Shown here: in pieces, positions 25,780-35,014 of the stretch
Numbering within the stretch: the first letter of the stretch is position 1
How the letters are laid out: every line of letters begins with the position of its first letter
Virus record (IMG/VR): IMGVR_UViG_3300005805_004810
Span: 1-40,447 of that record
DNA: 40,447 bases
Strand: one strand, 5' to 3'
DNA from: a virus
Taxonomy: Duplodnaviria; Caudoviricetes
Translations under genes and position numbers: made by a program
The notes under the pieces: generated by a model
Databases searched by the model: none
Told to the model about the DNA's origin: nothing
Seen by the model: only the letters and a program-made list of their open reading frames with translations

Positions 25780-25811
25780 GGAGTAACCCTACTGCGTATG
25801 AAACAGTATCT

Positions 25812-26042
25812 TTATATTCCTGCCCTTTCGAAATACAGCTTTTCTAGTATACGCTGATAGTATCCGTTAGGTATGAACACGTTTTCTCCTTCTACGATTA
25901 CAAGTTTACTTGGGATAAGAAAGTCTAGCTTATCCGTTTTGATACGGAGTATCCCAGGGAGCTTGTCGTTTTTAAACACGTTCTTTCTCTTGAATCTAAT
26001 ACGAGCTTTACTATCGTATTTGTAATAAAGATCCTGTACCAT
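25812..26042 (-). CDS. hypothetical protein
   Basis: ORF in the - run. Confidence 0.65.
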   Translation of the reverse strand: MVQDLYYKYDSKARIRFKRKNVFKNDKLPGILRIKTDKLDFLIPSKLVIVEGENVFIPNGYYQRILEKLYFERAGI

Positions 26043-26053
26043 TATTGTTAGTT

Positions 26054-26305
26054 TTATAGGGTTTCATTTGTTTTCTTTTTATTTAATTGGGTTAGTTTGT
26101 TTTTGAAATAGTTGTATACTTCTGGTATATGTTTCTTGTAGTAAGGCTGATTGTCTTTACACCATTGTTTTAAATCTTCTTTGCTATCAAACGGGTCTCT
26201 GCCAAACCAACTTGCGTTACTATTGATTTGATCGAACAAAGGCTCTAGATCATCTATGAAGTCTTGAACAGTCCAGCCTTCCCATATGTGTCTATTTAGA
26301 TCCAT
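26054..26305 (-). CDS. hypothetical protein
   Basis: IWEGWTVQDFI...WCKDNQPYYK. Confidence 0.7.
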   Translation of the reverse strand: MDLNRHIWEGWTVQDFIDDLEPLFDQINSNASWFGRDPFDSKEDLKQWCKDNQPYYKKHIPEVYNYFKNKLTQLNKKKTNETL

Positions 26306-26312
26306 AAAAGAA

Positions 26313-27032
26313 TTATTTATTTTTAGAATAACCTTTGATACCTTTCTTCTTGAGTTCTCTCAGTGCCACAGATGCTTTGCTTCCTTTCTTCTGATTACCA
26401 TGTAGTAATAGCCCGAAGCTTTTCTTCCCATCATAGGCATGGCTGTCATCATGATCTAGTTCCATCTTCTCCTTCTTAGCTTCTTCTGTAGACAGGAATA
26501 CCTTTGCGTACTTCAGATTGTTTAGTTCTATCAACTCATCATTACGTCCTCCCATTGAACTGGTAAGACTGAAGTTCTTTGGAATAGAACCTCTTCTCTC
26601 TAGCCAATACGGAATACTCTTTGTGTACGCATAGAACTTTCTCTCTGGATTGTTCTTGGCTACTTGCATCCACGCATCAAAGTACTTTTGATTGAAGAAG
26701 TCTCCTGACACGTGTACTCTTACTATGCTTGCTTTCTTAGGCAGACTAGACTGTATTACATCTACCATCTGATCAGACGTACGAAGTCTCTTGAGTATTT
26801 CATAGTTGTGCCATCTAGCATTCCTTACCGTTGGGTAAAGAGCCTCCTGCGACGCTGCGAAACATCTAAAGACTTGGTTCTTCCCATCTGTCAACTTACC
26901 TGTTTTCTTGTCTGCTTTAGCTTCACATTCAAATGCGAAGGGACAACTGTGTCCCGCAGGCAGAGAAAACGTGTAGATGGTTTTGTCCAGCTTTGCGTTG
27001 CCTCTTCCAAATTTTAGTTTCTGATTTTGCAT
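26313..27032 (-). CDS. gene product 88 (GP88)-family protein
   Basis: GNAKL, FSLPAGHSCP, CFA, RVHVSGDF, FYAYTK. Confidence 0.8.
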   Translation of the reverse strand: MQNQKLKFGRGNAKLDKTIYTFSLPAGHSCPFAFECEAKADKKTGKLTDGKNQVFRCFAASQEALYPTVRNARWHNYEILKRLRTSDQMVDVIQSSLPKKASIVRVHVSGDFFNQKYFDAWMQVAKNNPERKFYAYTKSIPYWLERRGSIPKNFSLTSSMGGRNDELIELNNLKYAKVFLSTEEAKKEKMELDHDDSHAYDGKKSFGLLLHGNQKKGSKASVALRELKKKGIKGYSKNK

Positions 27033-27047
27033 ATGAGGGATTTTGAT

Positions 27048-27257
27048 TTAATAATTGTCGTCTAGGTATTCTCCTGCATCTAGATAGTTGTAGTATGCGT
27101 CTCTACGATAGGGATAGTTATTCTCATAACAATGATCGCAGTAATGTCTTGTAGGTATACCGTAGTAATCATATCTTAACTCAACATCATCTTTTGTTTC
27201 TTGGCATCCACTACATGGGATTTTGTGTGATTCAAATTCTAGGTAGTCGTTTTCCAT
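27048..27257 (-). CDS. small zinc-binding protein
   Basis: CSGC...CDHC. Confidence 0.65.
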   Translation of the reverse strand: MENDYLEFESHKIPCSGCQETKDDVELRYDYYGIPTRHYCDHCYENNYPYRRDAYYNYLDAGEYLDDNY

Positions 27258-27267
27258 TTTATTTGTT

Positions 27268-27570
27268 TTAGTATTCTGATTCTATTTCTTCTACTCTATT
27301 CATTATTCTATTTGCTACCTCTTTAAAAGCAGGATCCGTTTCATTTAAGTTTCTAAACTTCTTGACACTGTTTATTATAGAGCAATGATTTCTTCGAATA
27401 AATTTTCCTATCTCAGTTACCCTATACCCTCTTAGGAAAGATGTTCCGCAAAACATATGTCTGGCATCCATTATTTCTACATGTCTGTCATAACCTATCA
27501 AACTTTCTTTTGTGAAACCAAATTCTTCACAAACTGCTTTCATTACTATATCCATAGTCTTAATACTCAT
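27268..27570 (-). CDS. DnaA C-terminal (domain IV)-like HTH protein
   Basis: VCEEFG...L....R...I..ARH.F...IGKFIRRNHCSIINSVKK. Confidence 0.75.
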   Translation of the reverse strand: MSIKTMDIVMKAVCEEFGFTKESLIGYDRHVEIMDARHMFCGTSFLRGYRVTEIGKFIRRNHCSIINSVKKFRNLNETDPAFKEVANRIMNRVEEIESEY

Positions 27571-27581
27571 ACCATTATGTT

Positions 27582-28112
27582 TTAGTATTCAGTGAAAAAT
27601 TCTGTAAACTTCTCCATACCTACTGGCTCTTCATACTCTGTAGATATTACATCTCCTGCCCAAGTGCCTATAGAATCCTCTTCTCCTGTGTAATCTCCTC
27701 CTCCTTCACCGTTGCTAGTATTAGTAAGAATAGGTAAAGGATGTATCTTAAGGGGTCCCCAACTTTGATTATCTATTTGTGGAATGTCTTCAATAGCAAA
27801 GTACAAACCCTTAGTATGATTTACAACGTACTTAATCTCTGGCCCATCTTGGAGATGCAATGAATCAGGCCAATCTTTTGCTACTTCGTATAGAGTTTTA
27901 TTCTTGTCTTTCTTAGCTGTTAAGAATAAACCCTCTTTCATATAATCTCCCGCCCATACTATCCTAGTTTTGTGCCATCTGTTTCCTGGAGATAATGCCT
28001 GTTCTACCATTCTCATGTAGCTGTTTCCTATCCAGAAGTTTTCTGCTAGTTTACCTCCGTATCCTGCTGATTCTTTTTTATCAATAGATACGCATCTGTA
28101 GTATTGTCCCAT
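27582..28112 (-). CDS. conserved hypothetical protein
   Basis: MGQYY...IVWAGDY...IHPLPILT..NGEGGGDY..GTWAGD. Confidence 0.75.
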   Translation of the reverse strand: MGQYYRCVSIDKKESAGYGGKLAENFWIGNSYMRMVEQALSPGNRWHKTRIVWAGDYMKEGLFLTAKKDKNKTLYEVAKDWPDSLHLQDGPEIKYVVNHTKGLYFAIEDIPQIDNQSWGPLKIHPLPILTNTSNGEGGGDYTGEEDSIGTWAGDVISTEYEEPVGMEKFTEFFTEY

Positions 28113-28118
28113 GGTTTA

Positions 28119-28307
28119 TTATTTTTCTTTTTGTCTATACATAGATTTTACTGTGTCGTAATTGTTTCTTAGATAGTTGACTACTCCACTCAAAGTATTC
28201 TCTTTAGAAATCTCCCATATCTTTTCATATAATTTCCATTCTTGTGCAACTAGCCATTCTAATATCTCGAAGTTAGATAGGGCAAGGAACTTTTGTTTTG
28301 ATAACAT
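28119..28307 (-). CDS. hypothetical protein
   Basis: ORF in the - run. Confidence 0.55.
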   Translation of the reverse strand: MLSKQKFLALSNFEILEWLVAQEWKLYEKIWEISKENTLSGVVNYLRNNYDTVKSMYRQKEK

Positions 28308-28318
28308 ATCCTATAGTT

Positions 28319-28585
28319 TTAATCGTAATCATTTATATCGTAATAATGAATTGCATGATAAGCACTTATTGATTTTACTGTGTCATCAAGAATCCATTGG
28401 TGTATAGATTTTACGAACTCTTCTTGGCTATGACATGGGTAGTCTATGGAAGATCCATCTCTATGCTGTCTAGTTATCCTAGCTATGTTGTAGTCTGGGA
28501 TATACCCACTGCACCTAGCTTTAAAATACTCTTCCTCCGTATCGAAATCAAATGAAATCTCAGGAATTAATAGTTTGTTTATCAT
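28319..28585 (-). CDS. hypothetical protein
   Basis: ORF in the - run. Confidence 0.6.
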   Translation of the reverse strand: MINKLLIPEISFDFDTEEEYFKARCSGYIPDYNIARITRQHRDGSSIDYPCHSQEEFVKSIHQWILDDTVKSISAYHAIHYYDINDYD

Positions 28586-29177
28586 TTTCTTTTTCTTTAG
28601 AAATGTACCAATCCACTATGCCTTCTGCTTCCCCCATGCAATAGTCTAGTCCGTAGAAACCATAACAACCATCTAAGAATTCTTCCTCTTCATTGCCTAG
28701 ATTATCTTTGTGCATCTTGTATACTTTGTACCCAAACACATCCCCTCTTAGATATTCATCGTAGGTTTTAACATCTCCTTCAATCCACATGTCTAACTTT
28801 GTTATGTCTTTTACAATGTCACCGTTAAGTTCTTTACTCTTGGTTTCGTCAATGAATACAAAACCTATCTGTCCGCTGTCTCTGACCGTATGGTAGTGAT
28901 CTGGGAAGGGTGTTGTAGATATTGTAATGCCACTATGATTGTACATGTATAAAGGTTTGATACAAAGAACTTTGTAGTCCTTCATTATAGTATCCCTTAG
29001 ATCTATCCAACTATCAAAATAGTCAGACCTATATTCATGTTCGTCTCCTAGATTGTAACTTCTATGGAAACATATCATGGTGGTGAGATTGTCCCAAGTT
29101 CTAGGACTATCAGCATACTCATCGTAGACTATGTCTATTCTATAGTCTCCTATTGTTTTTGTTTCTGCTGGTTCCAT
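28560..29177 (-). CDS. conserved phage/plasmid hypothetical protein
   Basis: SPRTWDNL...PLYMYNHSGITIS...DSGQIG...TYDEYLRGDV...CYGFYG. Confidence 0.75.
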   Translation of the reverse strand: MEPAETKTIGDYRIDIVYDEYADSPRTWDNLTTMICFHRSYNLGDEHEYRSDYFDSWIDLRDTIMKDYKVLCIKPLYMYNHSGITISTTPFPDHYHTVRDSGQIGFVFIDETKSKELNGDIVKDITKLDMWIEGDVKTYDEYLRGDVFGYKVYKMHKDNLGNEEEEFLDGCYGFYGLDYCMGEAEGIVDWYISKEKENDKQTINS

Positions 29178-29198
29178 TTGTTTTTGTTTTGGAATAAT

Positions 29199-29228
29199 AA
29201 AAAAGGGGACAGGATTTCTCCCGCCCCC
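29199..29228 (-). terminator. intrinsic terminator
   Basis: On -: GGGGCGGGA-GAAA-TCCTGTCCCC followed by T6. Confidence 0.8.
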
Positions 29229-29252
29229 ATGCTACAAACAACCAACCAAATT

Positions 29253-29546
29253 CTAGTCAAACACTCTTGAAACAGTTTGGTCCAAAGGATTGAACTCCAC
29301 TTGATTGTAAGAGTGGTAAGTACCCTTCTCAAAGACCATTCTGTCATGCTCATCGTGGGTAAGAACACCCAGACCTTTGAGCATGAAGGTGATACTGTCC
29401 TTAGAAGTCTCGTACTCAATCTCAGATTTACTCTCTAAGATGTGCTTGATCATCTGACCAGTTTCTGCAGATACGTGTTCACCTTCTCCGAGGCAAAGAC
29501 GCTTTGACTTTTTTGCTGCTTTGGCAGCTGCTTTTTTGTTTGCCAT
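29253..29546 (-). CDS. small His-containing protein (typical DUF6745 neighbour)
   Basis: LGEGE...H...LTHDEH....GTY...QVEFNP..RVFD. Confidence 0.7.
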   Translation of the reverse strand: MANKKAAAKAAKKSKRLCLGEGEHVSAETGQMIKHILESKSEIEYETSKDSITFMLKGLGVLTHDEHDRMVFEKGTYHSYNQVEFNPLDQTVSRVFD

Positions 29547-29590
29547 TTTACTTGGTTTTAATTGTTAACAATAAAGATACTTAAATTTCT

Positions 29591-29995
29591 TTAACTATGA
29601 AATAATTTTTCTATCTCTGGATCCCATTCTTTTACTTCCTTTAGCTCCTCTAAATTTACTATGTCGGAGTCTAATCTATCATCTTCTGCTATGCCTACTT
29701 GATACAGGTATCCACTAGGACATATTATCAGGTGCTCATTTATAGGTACAAAACACGATAAGTTTACCTCATCTAAATCAGTGAACTCCATTTCTTTAGG
29801 GTACACATATCTATCTGCACCTTTAACATATATGATAGATACTTTGTTCTTTTTAGCATAATCTAAATGATTTCTTATATCTGATATTTCTTCATCAGAA
29901 AATATGTATATAGAATATTTTGGAGCAGCTAAGAAAGAGTCTCCTACACTTACTTCAAGGAATGGGAACTTAAGGTATTTGTAACTAGGTTTCAC
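29591..29995 (-). CDS. hypothetical protein
   Basis: ORF in the - run. Confidence 0.6.
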   Translation of the reverse strand: MKPSYKYLKFPFLEVSVGDSFLAAPKYSIYIFSDEEISDIRNHLDYAKKNKVSIIYVKGADRYVYPKEMEFTDLDEVNLSCFVPINEHLIICPSGYLYQVGIAEDDRLDSDIVNLEELKEVKEWDPEIEKLFHS

Positions 29996-30734
29996 TGTAC
30001 ATTAGATTTAGATATTGCTGTGCTGATAGATGATACGGACTTACTTTGCTAGAGTTAGGACTTTCCTTAGCGATGATGATATCTCCTTGACGATAGATCT
30101 TCTCTGGATTATCTATGTCAATTCGAATAGTCCACGCAATAGCTTTGATAGCATCATACTTTTTATTAGCATCATCATCCCACATTCTGGATCCGTCACA
30201 CAAAGCAGCCTCTTCTGGAACATAGATCCAATACTCTCTGTGAGTACTTGTGCACCAACATCTTACTGCTATGTACTTAGATCTTGCTCTCCACGGAGAT
30301 CTATCTGCTTCTGTTCCTTCATAGAGTTTGTTTGGATCTACTGCATAAAGCTCATAGATGTCTTTGAACTCATACTCATAAGGATCATTCTTGTCATCCC
30401 ATCTGGTACGTTTCTTCGAAATCTCTTGACGGTCAAGAAGCTTGGGATCTGCTGATTTGAATAACTCAACCACTCCAATACAATCGAAGTAGATTCTGCG
30501 CCTCTCAGCGTTGCCCTGTTCAAAAGCTTCTTTAGCGGTTATGGGAGAGATACTGTCCCACATTTCTTCTACAAATTCTCCAAAGTCTTTTAGAGAATCT
30601 GATTTGATTACAGCTTTTCTGAAGTGTTCATACGTTGGGAACTTTGTTTTCCACAATCGCATCGCTTCGTCAAGCGTCATACCTCCTACACCTGATACAG
30701 TGTAGCTTGCTGTTTTGAAGTCAAACTGTTTCAT
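29985..30734 (-). CDS. DUF6745-like protein
   Basis: NAERRR...CWCTSTHREYWIYVP...AIKAIAWT...RQGD. Confidence 0.65.
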   Translation of the reverse strand: MKQFDFKTASYTVSGVGGMTLDEAMRLWKTKFPTYEHFRKAVIKSDSLKDFGEFVEEMWDSISPITAKEAFEQGNAERRRIYFDCIGVVELFKSADPKLLDRQEISKKRTRWDDKNDPYEYEFKDIYELYAVDPNKLYEGTEADRSPWRARSKYIAVRCWCTSTHREYWIYVPEEAALCDGSRMWDDDANKKYDAIKAIAWTIRIDIDNPEKIYRQGDIIIAKESPNSSKVSPYHLSAQQYLNLMYSET

Positions 30735-30749
30735 ACTTGTTTTTATTTG

Positions 30750-31433
30750 TTATTTAATAGGGATTACTATTTCTTTTTCATTTGCAACTTCCGATGTGTA
30801 TGGTATATTTTCTATACGCAGTACCATGTTTCCTTCCTCATCATCATAAAAGTCACTGTATGTATACTCTTCATCTAGATACACATTCCTAGCAGATTCA
30901 GGCAAGTCCAGAGTGTCTCTCAAGTATTTTTCTAGTTCTTCTTTTAACTTGGTTTCTAACTCTGCGTGTTCTGGGACTACTGGTCCATTAGTTATAGAGA
31001 AATTGATTCCTACGTCTGGTAGTCCGACATCTCCATCAATTAACATAGACATACTATCAAACCAAAGATCTTTTGGTATCTTTAACAGATAAGGTTTTGG
31101 CAAAGTATGATCCATGTTTTCAGTCTCACAGTAGTTATCTAATCCTACAAACTCTTTTTCTTTTGGGTCATACACTATTTCTCCATTACAATAGAAGTCC
31201 CCAGCAAAACTGTAATAGCCTATTGTTTCTGCTATTTCATTTACTAGATTGTACGCTCCTGATGATCTATTCTCATCGTAGTGTTCTATCTCCTCTCCAT
31301 CTACTTCTAAAGTGTAGTTGCCATCATCATTACCTCCTTCCCATCGTATTACGATGTGTTTAGATCCGTTTTTTACTAGACCGTCTAGATACTCCTTTGC
31401 TGTGGAGTTCATTTTTTGTCTTTTCTTTTTCAT
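30750..31433 (-). CDS. DUF6878-like acidic protein (paralog 1)
   Basis: IRWEGGNDDG...YYSFAGDF..NGEIVYD. Confidence 0.6.
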   Translation of the reverse strand: MKKKRQKMNSTAKEYLDGLVKNGSKHIVIRWEGGNDDGNYTLEVDGEEIEHYDENRSSGAYNLVNEIAETIGYYSFAGDFYCNGEIVYDPKEKEFVGLDNYCETENMDHTLPKPYLLKIPKDLWFDSMSMLIDGDVGLPDVGINFSITNGPVVPEHAELETKLKEELEKYLRDTLDLPESARNVYLDEEYTYSDFYDDEEGNMVLRIENIPYTSEVANEKEIVIPIK

Positions 31434-31435
31434 AA

Positions 31436-32110
31436 TTAAATTTTAACTGTGAATGATACTGAGTCTTTTCTGTAGTATGATACATCTATTGAAGTTATGA
31501 ATGCTATTAAATCTCCCTTATTATTTTTTACAAAGTCTTCCCTGTCAAACTGCCAATCATTGTATCCGTATCTTACATCATCAAAATCTAAATTTGGTTG
31601 GCTGGTGACTTCATTATATAAATCTGCACCTAACTTACTACTCAGTTTTTCCTCAACTTCTAAATGTTCTTTAAACACTGGGCCATTCTTAACGATGAAT
31701 CTCACCTTAACAATATCATCAGTGTGCTCACTGAAGTCTCCTTCCTGTGTAATTATGACACTGTCAAAGTAAAGATTTGATGGAACAGAGAATCGTATCT
31801 TTATATTTTCTAAAGTAGTTGATTCAGCAACGGAGTCAGTCCCAACTCCAATAAAAGATTTTTCCTTAGAGTCATATACAAGTTTGCCTTCCGTACTAAA
31901 GTCTCCATCAAATCCTCCGTACCCTAACTCTTGGTGTATATCATCTTCTATTAGATCAAATAAGGAATGGTCTGAACAATCCTTTCCGTCAATTAAAAGT
32001 CGATAACAACCACTGTCACTGCCTCCTGACCAAGTAACTTCTACGGTCTTTCCCTGCTTACATAGTCTGTTAAGCTGGGATACTGCGCTCGGTTGCTTTT
32101 TCTCTTTCAT
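31436..32110 (-). CDS. DUF6878-like acidic protein (paralog 2)
   Basis: VTWSGGSDSG...YGGFDGDF..EGKLVYD...NGPVFKEH; start 32110 preferred. Confidence 0.6.
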   Translation of the reverse strand: MKEKKQPSAVSQLNRLCKQGKTVEVTWSGGSDSGCYRLLIDGKDCSDHSLFDLIEDDIHQELGYGGFDGDFSTEGKLVYDSKEKSFIGVGTDSVAESTTLENIKIRFSVPSNLYFDSVIITQEGDFSEHTDDIVKVRFIVKNGPVFKEHLEVEEKLSSKLGADLYNEVTSQPNLDFDDVRYGYNDWQFDREDFVKNNKGDLIAFITSIDVSYYRKDSVSFTVKI

Positions 32111-32471
32111 GTTCTTCTGTTTCAATTTGTTTCTTGATCTTTCTGGTTTCATCTGCTTTCATCATCCAAGGCTGTACTTGAAGATGCTTGAGCCAATCTT
32201 CTATTGTCGGGACAAAACCACAATCTTCATAGATATGATCATAGGCTATCTGTCTCACCTCTACCATCTTACCTTCAGAGTTAGTGACGTAGTCACCAAA
32301 CACTTGTTCTGCCAACAGCATACCAAATGAATTGTGAAGAATAGCTCTGTGTTTAAACATAGGCATGTTTCCTTTTGTAGAATCAAACCATCTGTGAATA
32401 GCAATGTAGTCTTTGATTTCTCCGCCATACTTCCTCACTGAGGATCGGGCATGGAGTAGCGGTGTACCCAT
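32070..32471 (-). CDS. DUF6915-like protein
   Basis: P..HARSSVRKYGG...DY.AIH.WFD.TK....HRAILH...G...AEQVFG...VR.IA..H..EDCG.VPT..DWL. Confidence 0.7.
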   Translation of the reverse strand: MGTPLLHARSSVRKYGGEIKDYIAIHRWFDSTKGNMPMFKHRAILHNSFGMLLAEQVFGDYVTNSEGKMVEVRQIAYDHIYEDCGFVPTIEDWLKHLQVQPWMMKADETRKIKKQIETEEHEREKATERSIPA

Positions 32472-32483
32472 TGTTTTTTATTT

Positions 32484-32744
32484 TTAACTTTTGAAATAAA
32501 GTTCTCCGTTGTTTCTGTAAGTATAGTCACTTCCTCTTTCAACTATAGTAACCATCTGTCCACTTCTTATACCATCTGCGTAGTACTTTGCATACTGATC
32601 CGTAGATGAATCTAATACCTTAAGTACACTTGAGGAGTCTACAATACTACATCCATGAATTGGAGTGTGAGTAAAGGCAATTCTAATTTCTGGTAAGTCA
32701 TTTTTTAATAGCTCTTTGTAATAACCTTTAGGTGCTTGTGACAT
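32484..32744 (-). CDS. hypothetical protein
   Basis: ORF in the - run. Confidence 0.6.
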   Translation of the reverse strand: MSQAPKGYYKELLKNDLPEIRIAFTHTPIHGCSIVDSSSVLKVLDSSTDQYAKYYADGIRSGQMVTIVERGSDYTYRNNGELYFKS

Positions 32745-32755
32745 AACTGATTGAT

Positions 32756-32947
32756 TTAAAATATGAATTTAATTACTTGATCATAAACAAACTGACTGTC
32801 TTCATTTAATTTATCTAACTGCTGCTCCGTCATTTCTTCTCCATCGTAGTCAGCACTAACAATATAAGCATCGCAGAAATCTGGATAGTCTCTTGTATCT
32901 ATACCATCTATTTCCACATTTGAAATCTTTGAATAATCTAGTTCCAT
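32756..32947 (-). CDS. conserved small phage protein
   Basis: IDGIDTRDYPDFCDAYI.SA. Confidence 0.75.
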   Translation of the reverse strand: MELDYSKISNVEIDGIDTRDYPDFCDAYIVSADYDGEEMTEQQLDKLNEDSQFVYDQVIKFIF

Positions 32948-32964
32948 ATTATTTGTTTTGAAGA

Positions 32965-33354
32965 TTATGCAAATAGTACTTCTCCATAGATGACAGTCTG
33001 TAGAATATGATCAGCTGTTATAGAATCATCTTGTTCATTTATCATATCAATCAGATGTCCGTAGTGGGTATTCTGAACACGCTCATGAACTTTCTCTAAT
33101 GTAATATCATATACTGAATCATCCTCTGTATCTAAAATATACAATCCTTTACCCAGCTTTAACATTTCCATTAAGACATCTTCGTAACATATAATGTTCT
33201 GAGGATTCATAAGCTCTAGCATTTTCTTAGCTTCTGTATACTCTTGTTTACTATACCTAAGATCTAGACCGTAGTAAGTAAGTTCTCCTAATCCATTACA
33301 TAGTGCATTGTAGAAGTACTTTTCTGATTCTTCTTTTGTTAATTGAATTTTCAT
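32965..33354 (-). CDS. conserved hypothetical protein
   Basis: C-terminus DDSITADHILQ..IYGEV. Confidence 0.7.
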   Translation of the reverse strand: MKIQLTKEESEKYFYNALCNGLGELTYYGLDLRYSKQEYTEAKKMLELMNPQNIICYEDVLMEMLKLGKGLYILDTEDDSVYDITLEKVHERVQNTHYGHLIDMINEQDDSITADHILQTVIYGEVLFA

Positions 33355-33368
33355 TTCTTTTGTTTTTG

Positions 33369-34661
33369 TTACAGAAATATTCCGAATCTTTCTTCCTTTT
33401 CTTTTAGGAATAGAGAGAACAGATGGTTTTGAAACTGTCTAGTCATATCTTTCAATCTACTCTTAAGATGTTCGTTCTCTTCTATAATCGTTAACACTAT
33501 CTGCTTCCTACCTTCATCAAATGATTTTCTAGATATTAGTATCTTGTTGTCATGTGCTAGACCTCTGACAAAACTATTTTCAAACTCTACTATGTCTATG
33601 TCATACTCAATAGGATATTGAGTCTCTGTTAAGAAGCCAAGACATTCTTTGAGTAAGAAGGATTCTTTTGGTGAAGGATCTACCTTCTTGTATGCAATAA
33701 CATCTCCAGAATCATCTAGACCATAGATCTTGCTTTCTGGAAATGACCTCTTGATTTGTTGGGCCATCTCTAGAGACACAATGTAATGATCCATACTCTG
33801 CTGTATCTCAGAATAGTACCCAGCCACATTGTCTACAATCAAAGCATGTTTACCAATAGCTTCTTTCCATTTAGGATTCAGAGATCTTATTGCCCATCTC
33901 CATGGAAGCCTTCCTTCAAACGTTCCATCTTTAAAGGCAGTAGATAAAATATTCTTGAACACATCTACATTGCCAATACCATTTATGAATCTAGCAGTAG
34001 CTGCCTCAGCAGTATACAAACTATCTATCAATCTACTCTCATTGATTTCAAAAGAAGCGATGTCATATTGGTACAGCGACTTAATACCTTTATCAAAGAA
34101 CACTCTGATTCCTTTACGATACAATACCAGATTGTTGTCTATGTCTGTTTGAGTAAACAACTTACCTTCCATATTCTGACAGACAATATCCTCTCTTTCA
34201 AAAGTAAAGTAGGAGTTCCAGTTATCTATCATCTCCATTGTAGCCTCGTTGTGTTCGACAAAGAATCTTGTGTAGCCTTCTCTGCCAGACATGCTATCTA
34301 TAGAGCTAACGATATTGTATCCTCCTTCATCTATACTGTTTGATACCCACTCTCTTATTGCCATCCAAGGCTCCCACTGTGGTCCCATGTCAGTAGTCAA
34401 TGAAGTTTGAACACCATTAATAATAATCTTTTTGAACTCAACTCCTCTGAAGTTAACTGGTTCTGTAGTAATATCTACCTCTTGTTCCCCACTATAAATC
34501 TTGAAAGGAATACCTGTTCTTAGCAGGGTAGATATAGCATACTTGTTACCAGATCCGAAGAAGCCAATCTTAGAATTGTCACCTCGTTTGGTTGAGGCAC
34601 CCAACAATACTAAAGAACTTATATCAAGTTCTCCGCTGTTCTCTATCAGTAAGTAACTCAT
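33369..34661 (-). CDS. GHKL (HATPase_c-like) ATPase with C-terminal zincin-like region
   Basis: LGASTK....IGFFGSGNKYA; AIREWVSNSIDEG; C-terminal GLA...LTIIEENEH. Confidence 0.75.
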   Translation of the reverse strand: MSYLLIENSGELDISSLVLLGASTKRGDNSKIGFFGSGNKYAISTLLRTGIPFKIYSGEQEVDITTEPVNFRGVEFKKIIINGVQTSLTTDMGPQWEPWMAIREWVSNSIDEGGYNIVSSIDSMSGREGYTRFFVEHNEATMEMIDNWNSYFTFEREDIVCQNMEGKLFTQTDIDNNLVLYRKGIRVFFDKGIKSLYQYDIASFEINESRLIDSLYTAEAATARFINGIGNVDVFKNILSTAFKDGTFEGRLPWRWAIRSLNPKWKEAIGKHALIVDNVAGYYSEIQQSMDHYIVSLEMAQQIKRSFPESKIYGLDDSGDVIAYKKVDPSPKESFLLKECLGFLTETQYPIEYDIDIVEFENSFVRGLAHDNKILISRKSFDEGRKQIVLTIIEENEHLKSRLKDMTRQFQNHLFSLFLKEKEERFGIFL

Positions 34662-34999
34662 TTAAAGTAAATGATAATGTGATTCTCTTTTAGAATAGCA
34701 CGAGATGCTTCGAACTCTAAGGCAATGTTCTTAGGCAGAGTTACACTTCTTAACTCTTCTACCTTAGACATCTTAGCACTTTTAACTCTATCTCTAGCTA
34801 GCCCCATTTCTTTTCTGAACTTTACAATTCTTTGTGAGATTGAGGATTCGGGACGATTTAATTTCTTGGCAATGTAGGATATGTTATCCTTATTTTTCTT
34901 GCCATTTGTAACAACTGACCTGATAAAGTCATCTTCCTGCTTTGTGTAAAACACAATGGTCTGTCCAGGTTTTCTTCCTGGTTTTGATTTTGTAGCCAT
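34658..34999 (-). CDS. Myb/HTH-like DNA-binding protein
   Basis: YTKQEDDFI...IAKKLNRPESSISQR. Confidence 0.65.
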   Translation of the reverse strand: MATKSKPGRKPGQTIVFYTKQEDDFIRSVVTNGKKNKDNISYIAKKLNRPESSISQRIVKFRKEMGLARDRVKSAKMSKVEELRSVTLPKNIALEFEASRAILKENHIIIYFK

Positions 35000-35014
35000 G
35001 TTCTTTGTTTTTGA

